NCBI GenBank assembly: GCA_032906765.1
Contig: JAJTZB010000003.1
Span: forward strand, 77,072 to 141,071
Origin: Nitrososphaerales archaeon
GTDB lineage: Archaea > Thermoproteota > Nitrososphaeria > Nitrososphaerales > Gagatemarchaeaceae
Length of the DNA: 64,000 nt
Direction of reading: 5' to 3'
The notes below the pieces were generated by a model, which saw only the letters and a program-made list of their open reading frames with translations, was not told where the DNA came from and searched no databases. Made by a program: the position numbers and the translations under genes. This document shows, in pieces, positions 43,245 to 52,635 of this stretch; position 1 is the stretch's first letter; each line of letters starts with the position of its first letter.

Positions 43245-44488
43245 TGATTCCCCATCTCCTTCCTGAGCGCCTCTCTCGCGGTCTCGACGATGGGCGATAT
43301 ATCGCTTGGGCTCGACGTCTCCGCGTAGGCGAGTTGCTCAAGGTTCAACCCGGCGGAGACTGCCAAGGACAGTGAGTCGGCAAAGAGGTCTGCGTCTCTG
43401 CCCACCAACTGCGCGCCCAGCACTGCAGTTGTTCCTCTCTCCACCACCAGGGAGCATGCTACCCTGCCCTCCCGCATCCATGAGGCCTCAAAGGCAGCCA
43501 GCCCGGCCACCGAAGCTTCCGCAATGGTAAGGCCCGATGATGCGACCCAGAGCCCGAAGACCTTCTTTGTGTAGGAACCGGTGACCTTGGCGGTCTTGTG
43601 GGCTCCTGCAACGTTGGCTCCGGCGACTCGGCCCATGGCCAAGGCAGACGAGTCTGACATCATGGTCATGGTTGTGGACCCAGTTACGACCTCCGCACAG
43701 TCCCCTGCTGCGAAGACGCCGGGCTGACTCGAGTTCATCGAGTCGGCCACTACGACCCCTCCGTAACGCCCCACCTTGGCCAGGGTAGCGGGCGGTGCGG
43801 GCTCGACTCGCGGCAAGACGATAAAGCCGTCGCAGGGGTGCACATCCCCCGAAGCCACGACTGCCTCGACCCTGTCGACGCCCACAACCTTCTGCGGCTT
43901 CGAGTCGAACACCCTAATGCCGAGAGAGTCCGCCGCAGCGAGGAGGAGACTCCTCGGGCCCTCGCTGAGCTGAGACGAGAACAACCCGGAAGGGGAGAGG
44001 AGAAAGACAAGGATGCCGAGGGCGTGGAGCCTTTCCGCAACTTCAGCTGCAGCCACGCCGGACCCATAGACGGCGACAACCTGGTATCCTCTGGCGGATT
44101 CCTTCAGGCGGATGAACCCTTCCTCCGAGTCCAAAACGTGGACTCCGGTCTTCGTGCCTCCCGGTAGCGGTTCAGGCGCCGCCCTGCTGCCGGTGGCAAG
44201 AACAACTGCATCGAACTGTGACGCAGAACCTCGGACCTTTAGCCGGGGGCCTGAGTCCACTCCTGCGACGGACTGACCCAGGCTGACCTCGACACCATTC
44301 CCAGTAAGGACTTCGACCTGTTCCCTGCCTGGCGGGCCGCCACTCGACAGAATCGACGGCCAGCTGCTCCTCCTGCTTGGAATCTGTCGCGACGCTTCGA
44401 ACAGAGTTACGCGCGCCCCCATCCGCGCAGCTTCAAGCGCAGCTGCAACTCCAGCAATCCCGGCGCCTATGACCCCGACCCTTGGCAA
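43241..44488 (-). CDS. FAD-dependent pyridine nucleotide-disulfide oxidoreductase family protein
   Basis: 415 aa with two dinucleotide folds (VGVIGAGIAGVAAA, VAVYGSGVAAAE) and FAAGDCAEV. No N-terminal redox Cys was recognised. Confidence 0.7.
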   Translation of the reverse strand: MPRVGVIGAGIAGVAAALEAARMGARVTLFEASRQIPSRRSSWPSILSSGGPPGREQVEVLTGNGVEVSLGQSVAGVDSGPRLKVRGSASQFDAVVLATGSRAAPEPLPGGTKTGVHVLDSEEGFIRLKESARGYQVVAVYGSGVAAAEVAERLHALGILVFLLSPSGLFSSQLSEGPRSLLLAAADSLGIRVFDSKPQKVVGVDRVEAVVASGDVHPCDGFIVLPRVEPAPPATLAKVGRYGGVVVADSMNSSQPGVFAAGDCAEVVTGSTTMTMMSDSSALAMGRVAGANVAGAHKTAKVTGSYTKKVFGLWVASSGLTIAEASVAGLAAFEASWMREGRVACSLVVERGTTAVLGAQLVGRDADLFADSLSLAVSAGLNLEQLAYAETSSPSDISPIVETAREALRKEMGNQ

Positions 44489-44543
44489 ACCATCAAAGAC
44501 AAGCCGTTAGAGGGTTATAACATCCCGCATAGCGCAGACGGGC

Positions 44544-45749
44544 GTGCTTGTCGGGGTAATCGGAAAGCCGAACGTCGGGAAATCGACATTCTTCTCGGCT
44601 GCCACACTGAAGGATGTCCCAATTGCTGACTACCCATTCACGACGATAAAGCCGAACGTCGGCGTTGCGTATCTCAGGACAAAATGCGTCTGTAGGGAGA
44701 TGGGCGTAGTTGACAAGCCGAGGAACTCGGTCTGCGTAGACGGCACGAGACTGATCCCTGTCAGGCTGGTCGATGTGGCAGGGCTCGTCGAGGGCGCTTC
44801 GCATGGGAGGGGCTTGGGCAATCAGTTCCTCGACGACATCCGTCAGGCAGACGCCCTGATTCACGTCGTGGACGCCTCCGGGTCTACAGACGCCGAAGGG
44901 AGGAAGGTGCCTGCGGGCTCCCACGACCCGACCGGAGACATATCCATGGTGGAGAAGGAGTTCGACCTGTGGGTCTTCGGCCTCCTGAAGAAGGACTGGG
45001 AGAAGGCAGCCAAGCTAACTGAGCAGTCCGCCGGAAAGATAGTCGACCATCTTGCCAACAGGCTTAGCGGCCTCTCAATCACAATCGGGGACGTGGAGCA
45101 AGTAATGCTTCACGCCCATCTGAGGGCGGAGAAGCCGACTAGTTGGACGGACGAACAGCTGATGCAGCTCGTCACCGAGCTCAGGAGACTGACAAAGCCT
45201 AGCCTGATAGCGGCCAACAAGGCTGACCTGCCCGCAGCGAAGGAGAACATTGGTAGGCTCAAGGCGACCGGAAGGTTGGTTGTGCCCTGCGCCTCGGAGG
45301 CCGAACTGCTACTTCGGAAGGCAACGGATCACGGACTCGTCAGGTACACCCCGGGGAACCCTTCGTTCAGCGTCACCTCGCCAGAGAAGCTCACAGCCGC
45401 CCAGGCGGGAGCGATCAAGATGGTGGAGGACATGGTGTTCAAGGCCTACAGCGGGACCGGAGTCCAGGAAGCGATCAACCAGGCGTACTTCTCTCTCCTC
45501 AACGCCGTTGTCGTCTTCCCTGTCGAGGATGAAACGAGGCTCAGTGACAAGGACGGCAACGTGCTGCCAGACGCATTCGTGATGAGGGGAGGCTCGACAT
45601 CCCTTGACCTCGCGAGGACCGTCCACACAGAGCTTGCAGAGGGGTTCCTCTATGCGGTAGACGCCAGGACTAGGAAGAGGCTGGCCGCGGACCACAGGCT
45701 TGCCAACAGGGACATCGTCAAGATAGTCTCAAGCAGCAAGAGGGGCTAG
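44544..45749 (+). CDS. ychF: YchF/OLA1-family GTP/ATP-binding protein with a C-terminal TGS domain
   Basis: 401 aa with G1 (GKPNVGKST), G3 (DVAGLV) and G4 (NKAD). Confidence 0.86.
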   Translation: MLVGVIGKPNVGKSTFFSAATLKDVPIADYPFTTIKPNVGVAYLRTKCVCREMGVVDKPRNSVCVDGTRLIPVRLVDVAGLVEGASHGRGLGNQFLDDIRQADALIHVVDASGSTDAEGRKVPAGSHDPTGDISMVEKEFDLWVFGLLKKDWEKAAKLTEQSAGKIVDHLANRLSGLSITIGDVEQVMLHAHLRAEKPTSWTDEQLMQLVTELRRLTKPSLIAANKADLPAAKENIGRLKATGRLVVPCASEAELLLRKATDHGLVRYTPGNPSFSVTSPEKLTAAQAGAIKMVEDMVFKAYSGTGVQEAINQAYFSLLNAVVVFPVEDETRLSDKDGNVLPDAFVMRGGSTSLDLARTVHTELAEGFLYAVDARTRKRLAADHRLANRDIVKIVSSSKRG

Positions 45750-46367
45750 CGGTTCCACTTTCCTCTGCTCTCCCCTTGAGATGAGTTTGCTCTTCCTGAC
45801 TCCCACATGCCTGAGGTGAGTCACCTTCTTCGCCTCGTTGTAGACGTCTGAGGCCACCTTCTGGAGGACGAGCTCCTGCGCGAACTGCTCGTATGTGAGG
45901 CTGGCCGCCCTTTCCTTGATCACCTTGTCCATAATCAGCCTCAGGTCGTGCTTCTTCGAGCTGTTCATTTTCCCCTGGGAGAGCGCCGTGCAGTAGACCC
46001 TCGCCGTGAATCCGTCCTTCGTGTTGTAGTCCTTTATCAGGTCGGACATGGACGAGCCGCGCCTAATCAGGCTCCGCAGGAACTCCCTGGAGTATTCGTG
46101 GCCCTTGAAGATTGTGTGGGCAATCTCGCCGTCGACCTTGTCAATCTGGAAGAAGAGTCTGAATGCGTAATGCTGCGGGTCCTGCTTGAGGATGTCGTAG
46201 AGTGTAGTCTCAATGACTCTGCCGCCGGGCTTCTCGAGGTCCGTGAGCGGAACCCTGGCAATCGGCGCGCTGCCGAAAGAAGGCGAGGCTAGCACAGTCA
46301 CCCAGGACTTCAGCTTCCACTTGTCCCTCACCTTCGCTACTTTCTTTGGCAATCGAACGCGCCCCAA
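45729..46367 (-). CDS. rps3ae: 30S ribosomal protein S3Ae (eS1)
   Basis: 212 aa. KVRDKWKLKSWVTVLAP..F and the later TALSQ pattern are typical of S3Ae. Confidence 0.86.
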   Translation of the reverse strand: MGRVRLPKKVAKVRDKWKLKSWVTVLASPSFGSAPIARVPLTDLEKPGGRVIETTLYDILKQDPQHYAFRLFFQIDKVDGEIAHTIFKGHEYSREFLRSLIRRGSSMSDLIKDYNTKDGFTARVYCTALSQGKMNSSKKHDLRLIMDKVIKERAASLTYEQFAQELVLQKVASDVYNEAKKVTHLRHVGVRKSKLISRGEQRKVEPLAPLAA

Positions 46368-46386
46368 CTCGAACGGGCTTATAACC

Positions 46387-47688
46387 TCATTGATGTCCGA
46401 GCCGTTCTATTCCGTTCATGTAGGCCACCAGAGGCCTCGGGATCGACACAGACCCATCCTTTCTCTGGAAGTTCTCGACGATCGCAACGAGGGCCCTGGT
46501 CGTCACGGCAGTTGAGTTGAGTGTGTGGACGAGCCTCGTCTGCTCGCTCGTCTTGGCCCTGCACCTGATCTTGAGTCGCCTGGCCTGATAGTCGGTGCAG
46601 TTGCTGCAGGAAACCATCTCCCTGAACTTCTGTTGGACTGGCATCCATGCCTCCAGGTCGTACTTCTTCGCAGCCACAGAGCCCATGTCGCCTGTGCACA
46701 CGTTGACTATCCTGTAGTGAAGCCCGAGGCTCTGGAAGATCTCCTCGGAGTTTCGTATCAGCTCCTCGTGAAGGCCCCAGCTCCGGTCCGGCTCGCTGAA
46801 GGCAATCTGCTCCACTTTGTAGAATTGGTGGGTCCTGAAGATTCCCTTCGTGTCCCTGCCGTGGGCACCTGCCTCCACCCTGAAGCAGGGAGAGAACCCG
46901 CAGTACTTTATGGGCAGGCTGCTTGCGTCGAGGATCTCGTCCATGTGCATTGCAACAAGCGGGTGTTCCGAGGTCGCGATCATGTACAGGTCTTCGCCCT
47001 CCACCTTGTAGATTACAGGACCGAAGTCTCCCAGGTCTGTGACCCCCGAGTATGGCTCCCTCCTCATCATGAAGGGCGGCTCGAGTGGGACGTAGCCCTT
47101 CTTGGACAGGAAGTCGAGCGCGTAACGCATTATCGAGTGCTCGAGTTTCACAGCGTCCCCTTTCAGGAAGAAGAACCTGGCCCCGGATATCTTGCTGGCG
47201 CGCTCCACGTCGACGAACCCGAGGTCTGTGAGTATGTCGATGTGGTCCTTCGGCTTGAAGTCGAACTTCACCGGGACCCCCCAGGTTCGGACTGTGACGT
47301 TCTCGCTGTCGTCCTTGCCTGTCGGCACGCTCTCGTGGAGGATGTTCGGCAAAGACATGAGAATTTCGTTCAGCCTAGCGAGCCTCGTCTCTGCCTCTGC
47401 GTCCAGCTGCTTCGTCCTGACGGGGATCTCCTTTGCCTCTCTCAGTTTTGCATCTGCCGACTTGCCGCTCCGCTTTAGCGTAGCCACTTCCACGGTCAGC
47501 TCGTTCTGTTTGTGCCTCAACTCCTCGACCTGTGTCTTCAACTTCCTCCATTCCACGTCGCACTGTATCGCCTCGTCCACTGAGGGCAGCCTGTCAAGCA
47601 GCCCCCTCCGCCGCAGGTCCTTCCTGATCGTGTCTGGTGTCTCCCTCAGCAACTTGACGTCGAGCAAACTGATCCTCCTCAGCCTCAC
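46387..47688 (-). CDS. serS: Seryl-tRNA synthetase
   Basis: 433 aa with an N-terminal coiled-coil arm (MLDVKLLRE), class II motifs (FRVEAGAHGRDTKGIFRTHQF, GDMGS.AAKKYDLEAW) and NSTAV.T.R. Confidence 0.93.
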   Translation of the reverse strand: MRLRRISLLDVKLLRETPDTIRKDLRRRGLLDRLPSVDEAIQCDVEWRKLKTQVEELRHKQNELTVEVATLKRSGKSADAKLREAKEIPVRTKQLDAEAETRLARLNEILMSLPNILHESVPTGKDDSENVTVRTWGVPVKFDFKPKDHIDILTDLGFVDVERASKISGARFFFLKGDAVKLEHSIMRYALDFLSKKGYVPLEPPFMMRREPYSGVTDLGDFGPVIYKVEGEDLYMIATSEHPLVAMHMDEILDASSLPIKYCGFSPCFRVEAGAHGRDTKGIFRTHQFYKVEQIAFSEPDRSWGLHEELIRNSEEIFQSLGLHYRIVNVCTGDMGSVAAKKYDLEAWMPVQQKFREMVSCSNCTDYQARRLKIRCRAKTSEQTRLVHTLNSTAVTTRALVAIVENFQRKDGSVSIPRPLVAYMNGIERLGHQ

Positions 47689-47939
47689 TCATCCAGAGTC
47701 CGCGATATTAGCCATATCTCTCGGAACAGAGCGACGTCGGCCAAGACCGACTCCAGGGAGGATAAGGGGGACCGAAGGCTCTCCGAGCTTATCACGAACG
47801 AGACGCTCTTCGACCGCCTGCGCATCCTGAACTTCTGGCCGACGGGCACGTTCACGTTGTCCGGTCCTAGCACAGACTCAAGCTTCTCTGCGGTGGCTCC
47901 GCCTGTGCAAGATATTCTCAGGAGGAAGGTCGCTTTCAC
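47685..47939 (-). CDS. pcc1: Pcc1-like KEOPS subunit (tentative)
   Basis: 84 aa. The size and the alternating beta/helix pattern (AEKLESVLGPDN...VSFVISSESLRSPLSSLESVL) resemble Pcc1/CTAG. It is a weak call from memory. Confidence 0.45.
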   Translation of the reverse strand: MKATFLLRISCTGGATAEKLESVLGPDNVNVPVGQKFRMRRRSKSVSFVISSESLRSPLSSLESVLADVALFREIWLISRTLDE

Positions 47940-49342
47940 GTGCCCACCTTTTCCAGGACAAGCTTCGAGAACGCGGCGATAGCGGAGGACGGAATCTTCG
48001 CCCCCGCGGCCATGCTGTGTCCACCTCCGACGCCGTTGACAGCTTCTGCCGCCTCACGCATCACGATGCCCAAGTTGACGGAGCCGACGTATGAGTCTCC
48101 GACCCGCGAGGATACCTTGACCTCAGTTTCGCCGGAGTCCGTCATAGCGACGACGACCTTGTCCTTGAACGCCGGGCTGGAGGTTATGATCGATGTAACC
48201 GGCCCGAGCAGCTTCTCGTCGACGAGCCCGCTCGCTTTGGCCAGCACCAGCGTCCCGTGCTGCTCGACCCTGGAGCTCTCGCCCATCAGCCCCCGGACTG
48301 CGTTGCTGATGCTGAGCCTGTACTCCGAAAGTGTCTTCATCGCGGCCTTGAGGGCCTCCCCCCTGTCGCCCAGGCAAATCGACATCCCGACTCCCGCTGC
48401 GCCCATTCTGCCGCAGGCGTTGAGTAGTGTCCCGAACTCCCTCGCGTCCCTGAGGGGGGTGAAGGAATCCTCATACTCCAGCGAGTAGACTTCGCCCACC
48501 AGGCCGGCGAGTGCGTCTGTCGCACCGCCGCTGGCCCCTATCACTCCAGCTATCACCTCCGTCAATTTCATCTTCTCTTCGCCCGTCAACTCGGAGAGAG
48601 TCCTCCAGCGGGCGCCATCCTTGAGGTTCATACCTGCCTGGAGCAGGGTGGCGAGCACAGCGTCCTTGTTTCCCGAGATTCCAGGGAGGTAAGGTGCGGA
48701 GGTGAGCGCCACAGCTTCGTGGACCGGCCTCGTCTGCCTCCCAGTGAACGTCAGGTCGTTTGAAACTGTGAGTAGGCCAGCGGCCTGCGCCTCCTCGACT
48801 GCCTTCCTGTTGAGTCCTGTCAATGACCTTCCCTGCCCTCCGTCCTGCCTGTCAGCCAACGCGCCGACCACAGCGAGGTAGGAAAGGTCCCTGCATTCCT
48901 GGTCGATAACGGAGGCGAACATGTAAGCCATCGTCGATGAGCATGCCTCCTTACCTCCGTCGTAGCCGTACTGCCACGCGTTCATGACCGACGGCTTGGC
49001 CAGATCCTCCTCGGCCAGCTGATGGTGGTCGATGACTAGGAACCTCCCGTCGAACGCGAGCTCGAGCTCGCTCACGAGAGCTGAAGCGAGGTCGGTGAAG
49101 ATGTAGAAGTCGTACTTCTCCGCCTCAAGCTCCTTGATCCTTCGCGGGTCGAGGTCCGGGACCGACCGCAGGGCGACGTTGGCGCCCCTCCTCATCAGAG
49201 AGGCGAAGACGATGGATCCGCTTGCCAGCCCATCGGCGTCCACGTGTGTGACAACGAGTATCTTCTTCCCTTGCTCGGCAAGCTTGACCGTCTCCCGAGA
49301 GAGAACCTCGCACCTTGCAAGGAGACCTTCGAGGTCGGCCAC
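47936..49342 (-). CDS. DHH-family phosphoesterase, archaeal RecJ/GAN-like
   Basis: 468 aa with DHH motifs (VVTHVDADGLASG, IFTDLA, IDHH) and a DHHA1-type GGGHSMAAGA. It is adjacent to rps15, as in many archaea. Confidence 0.8.
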   Translation of the reverse strand: MADLEGLLARCEVLSRETVKLAEQGKKILVVTHVDADGLASGSIVFASLMRRGANVALRSVPDLDPRRIKELEAEKYDFYIFTDLASALVSELELAFDGRFLVIDHHQLAEEDLAKPSVMNAWQYGYDGGKEACSSTMAYMFASVIDQECRDLSYLAVVGALADRQDGGQGRSLTGLNRKAVEEAQAAGLLTVSNDLTFTGRQTRPVHEAVALTSAPYLPGISGNKDAVLATLLQAGMNLKDGARWRTLSELTGEEKMKLTEVIAGVIGASGGATDALAGLVGEVYSLEYEDSFTPLRDAREFGTLLNACGRMGAAGVGMSICLGDRGEALKAAMKTLSEYRLSISNAVRGLMGESSRVEQHGTLVLAKASGLVDEKLLGPVTSIITSSPAFKDKVVVAMTDSGETEVKVSSRVGDSYVGSVNLGIVMREAAEAVNGVGGGHSMAAGAKIPSSAIAAFSKLVLEKVGT

Positions 49343-49361
49343 TCGCCGGAGTCGCCCCCCA

Positions 49362-49811
49362 CTACGCTAACTGGGCAACGACGGCAGTCCACTTGAAGTC
49401 GGCAGGGAGGAGCCCCTTCGCCCTGTAGTACTTCACAAGCCTGTAGATCTTCGCCTCGATGAGTTCGAGCGAGTGGACGTTCTTCCTGTCGGCCTTGTTA
49501 GCCTGCAGGTGCTTCTGCACGCGAGCCGCTCTCTCGATGAGGTCCCTCAGGTCTTGCGGGATTTGGGGCGCGTTCTTGCCCTCCCTTAGGACCTGGCCGA
49601 TGGACTTCCCGAGCAGAGGCTTGACAAGTGGGACCGCGTAGTCGTCTCGAAGCGCGAGTCCTATCTGGCTGGCCGTCAGACCGTCCTTCGCAAGCTTCGC
49701 AATGGTCGTCTCCACCTCCTCCTTGCCGTAGGTCACCCACGTGGGCGATGTCTTGCTCATGGGTCTCGTCTGGTGCGACTTCCCGTGCCTGTGAGAGTGA
49801 ATCCTGGCCAA
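49362..49811 (-). CDS. rps15: 30S ribosomal protein S15 (uS15)
   Basis: 149 aa. The N-terminal MARIHSHRHGKSHQTRP and C-terminal HL..N..D......L...E.KI.RL.KYY are uS15/S13e patterns. Confidence 0.9.
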   Translation of the reverse strand: MARIHSHRHGKSHQTRPMSKTSPTWVTYGKEEVETTIAKLAKDGLTASQIGLALRDDYAVPLVKPLLGKSIGQVLREGKNAPQIPQDLRDLIERAARVQKHLQANKADRKNVHSLELIEAKIYRLVKYYRAKGLLPADFKWTAVVAQLA

Positions 49812-49835
49812 GCAGTAATCAGCCTGCCCGACTCC

Positions 49836-50414
49836 TCAGCGTTGGGCTGATAAAGATTGCCTGCCTCTTTCGGACGTCAACCATTCTCCGAGCGCCCTCA
49901 ACGCCGACGCCCTGTGCGAAATCTCGCACTTCTCCCGCAAGGAGAGTTCGGCGAGCGTCTTGCTGTATCCCACTGGGATGAAAACAGGGTCGAAGCCGAA
50001 CCCGTGGGAGCCACTCGGTCTGGATGCGAGCCTGCCGCGGAGTCGTCCTACGAAGACCTTCGGCCCGATTCCACTGCTCACGTAGGCCACAGCGCTCACG
50101 AACTCTGCCGACCGGTCTCGTGTCTTGGACGCGAGCTCGAGGAGGCCCTCCAACCCGATGGTGGCGTAGACGAACGAGGCGTACGGGCCAGGGAAGCCGC
50201 GAAGAGAAGTCATGAAGAGCCCTGTGTCCTCGGCGAAGAGGGGGCGGCGGTACCTCCGGAAAGTCTCAGCCGCGGACAGGCGGGCAATCGTCGAGACGTC
50301 TGCAGACTGGACCTCCATCCCCTTACCCCTGAGTCGTCCTGGGGCGAGCCCGAACTCCTTCAACACAACCCTCGCCTCCTCGAACTTGTGGTCGTTCGAG
50401 GTCGCGAACCAGAG
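49836..50414 (-). CDS. Non-canonical purine NTP pyrophosphatase (HAM1/RdgB family); start codon unresolved
   Basis: LWFATSNDHKFEEA (the conserved N-terminal motif), EDTGLF...L.GFPGPYS, and FGFDPVFIP......T.AEL...EK..ISHR are present. The first canonical start (GTG at 50366) would delete the FATSN motif, so the upper boundary is set at the start of the conserved region. Confidence 0.72.
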   Translation of the reverse strand, partial: LWFATSNDHKFEEARVVLKEFGLAPGRLRGKGMEVQSADVSTIARLSAAETFRRYRRPLFAEDTGLFMTSLRGFPGPYASFVYATIGLEGLLELASKTRDRSAEFVSAVAYVSSGIGPKVFVGRLRGRLASRPSGSHGFGFDPVFIPVGYSKTLAELSLREKCEISHRASALRALGEWLTSERGRQSLSAQR

Positions 50415-50415
50415 C

Positions 50416-51090
50416 TCACTCGACCCTGGCGTAGCGCCCCCTCCTTTCGATCTGTCTCAGTTGCCTGACGACCGCCTCCAGGCCCTGTTCCCCCGCGACT
50501 TCGCCGTACCCCTTCAGTAGGGCATCCATCGCCGGAACGGCCACAGAAGAGTGAGCCCCGGTGACTGTCTCCTTGATCAGGCGCAGGTCAACCGCGCGGT
50601 CCTCGAGACGCGTGGAATGGATGGAAAGCCCAAAGTCGATGAAAACGAGCTCGTCGCATCTCATGATCACGTTGGCAGTGGTGACGTCGCCGTGCATCAC
50701 ACCCGCAGCATGGAGCTTCGCCACTTCGCCTCCGAGCTGCTCGAAGAGGCGCACAACGTCCGCCTTTCCGCGCGTGGCTGCGGCGTCCTTCAGCCTCTCT
50801 CCCTCGATGAACTCCATGACAAGCGTCGCGTCCGGCTGGCTCACGAAGTAGAGGAATGGGGCGGCAACGCCCGCAGCCTTGGCGCTGTGTATCATTTCGG
50901 CCTCGTGAACGGTCCTGTGACGCCTGATTTGCTGGTCGAGGGCCTTTAGCCTGTAGGGGAGCGGCCTCCTCACCTTGTACACCGCAGGCCTTCCCGACCA
51001 GCGACCTAGCAGTATGTCAGCCTCCGCCCCCTTGTGGATGAGGCGGCCCGGTGTTGCCTCAGCTTCTCCAGGGAATGTCGACAGAATCAA
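50416..51090 (-). CDS. bud32: Bud32 (KEOPS) protein kinase
   Basis: LIHKGAEADI, a catalytic loop HGDVTTANV and DFGLS are present. The TTG at 51090 gives a 32-nt overlap with kae1, whereas the ORF in the track extends to 51180. Confidence 0.8.
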   Translation of the reverse strand: MILSTFPGEAEATPGRLIHKGAEADILLGRWSGRPAVYKVRRPLPYRLKALDQQIRRHRTVHEAEMIHSAKAAGVAAPFLYFVSQPDATLVMEFIEGERLKDAAATRGKADVVRLFEQLGGEVAKLHAAGVMHGDVTTANVIMRCDELVFIDFGLSIHSTRLEDRAVDLRLIKETVTGAHSSVAVPAMDALLKGYGEVAGEQGLEAVVRQLRQIERRGRYARVE

Positions 51091-52051
51091 GCCTCCACGC
51101 TTGCCTGACAGTGGACTCGCCGACGGGTATCCTGGCGCCGGACCTGAACGCGAGGTAGCCAGTCCATGCAATTTGCGCACCGCAGTCGCCGCTGTACTCG
51201 ATTGGGACGGCGGTGAACCTCGCTGAGTGCCTGGCTGTCATCTCCGTCATCATCCCGGAGAGTCTTCGGTTCGCCGCGACGCCCCCGACGATCATCACCT
51301 CCTTCTTGTCGGTGAAGGCGAGCGCCCTCTCGGTGACCTCGACGACCATGGCGAAAGCTGTCTCCTGTAGAGAGAAGCAGATGTCTTCGAACGGGGTGCC
51401 TTCGTCGTAGAGATTCTTCGCAGCAGTAAGCATCCCGGAGAGGGAAACGTCGTTCCCCTTCACGCTGTACGGCAGCGGCAGATAGCCTTTCGACTTCGAT
51501 GCCTCCGCCTCTATTGCCTTGCCACAGGGAGAGGGGAGACCCGCATGCCTCCCGAACTGGTCGAGCAGCTGTCCGAGTGTAAGGTCGAGAGACTCCCCCA
51601 AGACACGCCACCGTCCGCCGGAGAATGCTATTACCATCGCGTGCCCTCCCGACACAAGGAGGACGAGAGGGTCTGCAGAGCCGGTCAGCATACATCCCAA
51701 CTCGATATGGCCAACGGCATGGTTTACTGGGACGAGTGGTTTCGAGAGAGAGGACGCGAGCGTGCGGGCGACGACTGCGCCGACCCTGAGGCACGGGCCC
51801 AGTCCAGGACCCATAGAATAGCAGACGGCCTTTGGTTCCTCGGGTCCGACGCCGGACTCCTCGAACGCCTTCTTCACTACGGAGGGGGCGGCGTTGAGGT
51901 GGCTCTTCGACGCCTCGAGTGGGTGTATCCCGCTACCTGCCCGCGCCTTGTAGACGTTCTTCGCGTCCGAGAGGATCTCCCCGTCTGACGAGACGACCGA
52001 GACTCCGAACGTGTGCGCTGTGCTCTCTACGCCAATCACGCAATTCTTCAT
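51059..52051 (-). CDS. kae1: tRNA N6-adenosine threonylcarbamoyltransferase Kae1
   Basis: 330 aa with GVESTAHTFG, VNHAVGHIE, LLVSGGH and GGVAAN motifs of the Kae1/TsaD family. Confidence 0.92.
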   Translation of the reverse strand: MKNCVIGVESTAHTFGVSVVSSDGEILSDAKNVYKARAGSGIHPLEASKSHLNAAPSVVKKAFEESGVGPEEPKAVCYSMGPGLGPCLRVGAVVARTLASSLSKPLVPVNHAVGHIELGCMLTGSADPLVLLVSGGHAMVIAFSGGRWRVLGESLDLTLGQLLDQFGRHAGLPSPCGKAIEAEASKSKGYLPLPYSVKGNDVSLSGMLTAAKNLYDEGTPFEDICFSLQETAFAMVVEVTERALAFTDKKEVMIVGGVAANRRLSGMMTEMTARHSARFTAVPIEYSGDCGAQIAWTGYLAFRSGARIPVGESTVRQAWRLDSVDIPWRS

Positions 52052-52059
52052 GGCCGCCC

Positions 52060-52581
52060 CTACATCTTTCTGGACTGCCTGTAGAGGTCTCCCAGCAGGT
52101 TGACGTAGGGCTTTACCTCGACCAAGAAGTCGTCGAACTTCCCTCTTTCGAACGTGGAGGTATGCTTGCCGCCTTCGACTACAATCTTCGCTGCCAGGAC
52201 TATGCCGCCACTCCGTTCGGGTTGCTTCTTCAACTTCGGGAAGTGGATGAGGGCGCCGTATCCCACCTTCTTCTGCCCTTTTGTGAATACGAGGTTGTAG
52301 TACATGCTGAGGGTCTTCGTGAACTGTTCGAGTTGCTTCTTCCTGCTCTCGCTCCTCTTCACGCTGTCAAACTCGGACAAGGCAAGCCCGTCGATCATCT
52401 CTCTCAGAAGCTTCATGTCGCTCACCTTGGATGTGTAGCCAGCGTACTCTATCGGCATCTGGTAGACGTTGTTCATCACAGCGTCCCAGTCGTCCAAGAC
52501 GACGTACGTCTTAGTGTCGAGGTTCATCTCCCTCTTCAGCTCGTCAGAGAGGACGTCCTCGACGGTCAGCTTCTTGGCCAT
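52060..52581 (-). CDS. Hypothetical protein
   Basis: A 173-aa ORF 8 nt upstream of kae1 on the same strand, with ordinary composition. No family was recognised. Confidence 0.4.
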   Translation of the reverse strand: MAKKLTVEDVLSDELKREMNLDTKTYVVLDDWDAVMNNVYQMPIEYAGYTSKVSDMKLLREMIDGLALSEFDSVKRSESRKKQLEQFTKTLSMYYNLVFTKGQKKVGYGALIHFPKLKKQPERSGGIVLAAKIVVEGGKHTSTFERGKFDDFLVEVKPYVNLLGDLYRQSRKM

Positions 52582-52635
52582 GGGAGGTGTGCGCGAAGCG
52601 CATATAGTTATCGCTTGCGGACGCTACGTCATTAG

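Noticed and set aside
44514-44521. GTTATAAC upstream of ychF shares half-site letters with the suf palindrome.
   Set aside because: The half-sites are in the opposite arrangement with no spacer, and the sequence doubles as an ordinary TATA-like box. It was not counted as a third operator copy.
46525-47478. A 317-aa plus-strand ORF antisense to seryl-tRNA synthetase.
   Set aside because: It is antisense to a gene with unambiguous class II aaRS motifs, so it is a shadow ORF.
51059-51180. Possible Kae1-Bud32 fusion, or a frameshifted fusion gene.
   Set aside because: The two ORFs are in different frames. kae1 has its own stop, and bud32 has a plausible TTG start at 51090. I treated them as separate overlapping genes.
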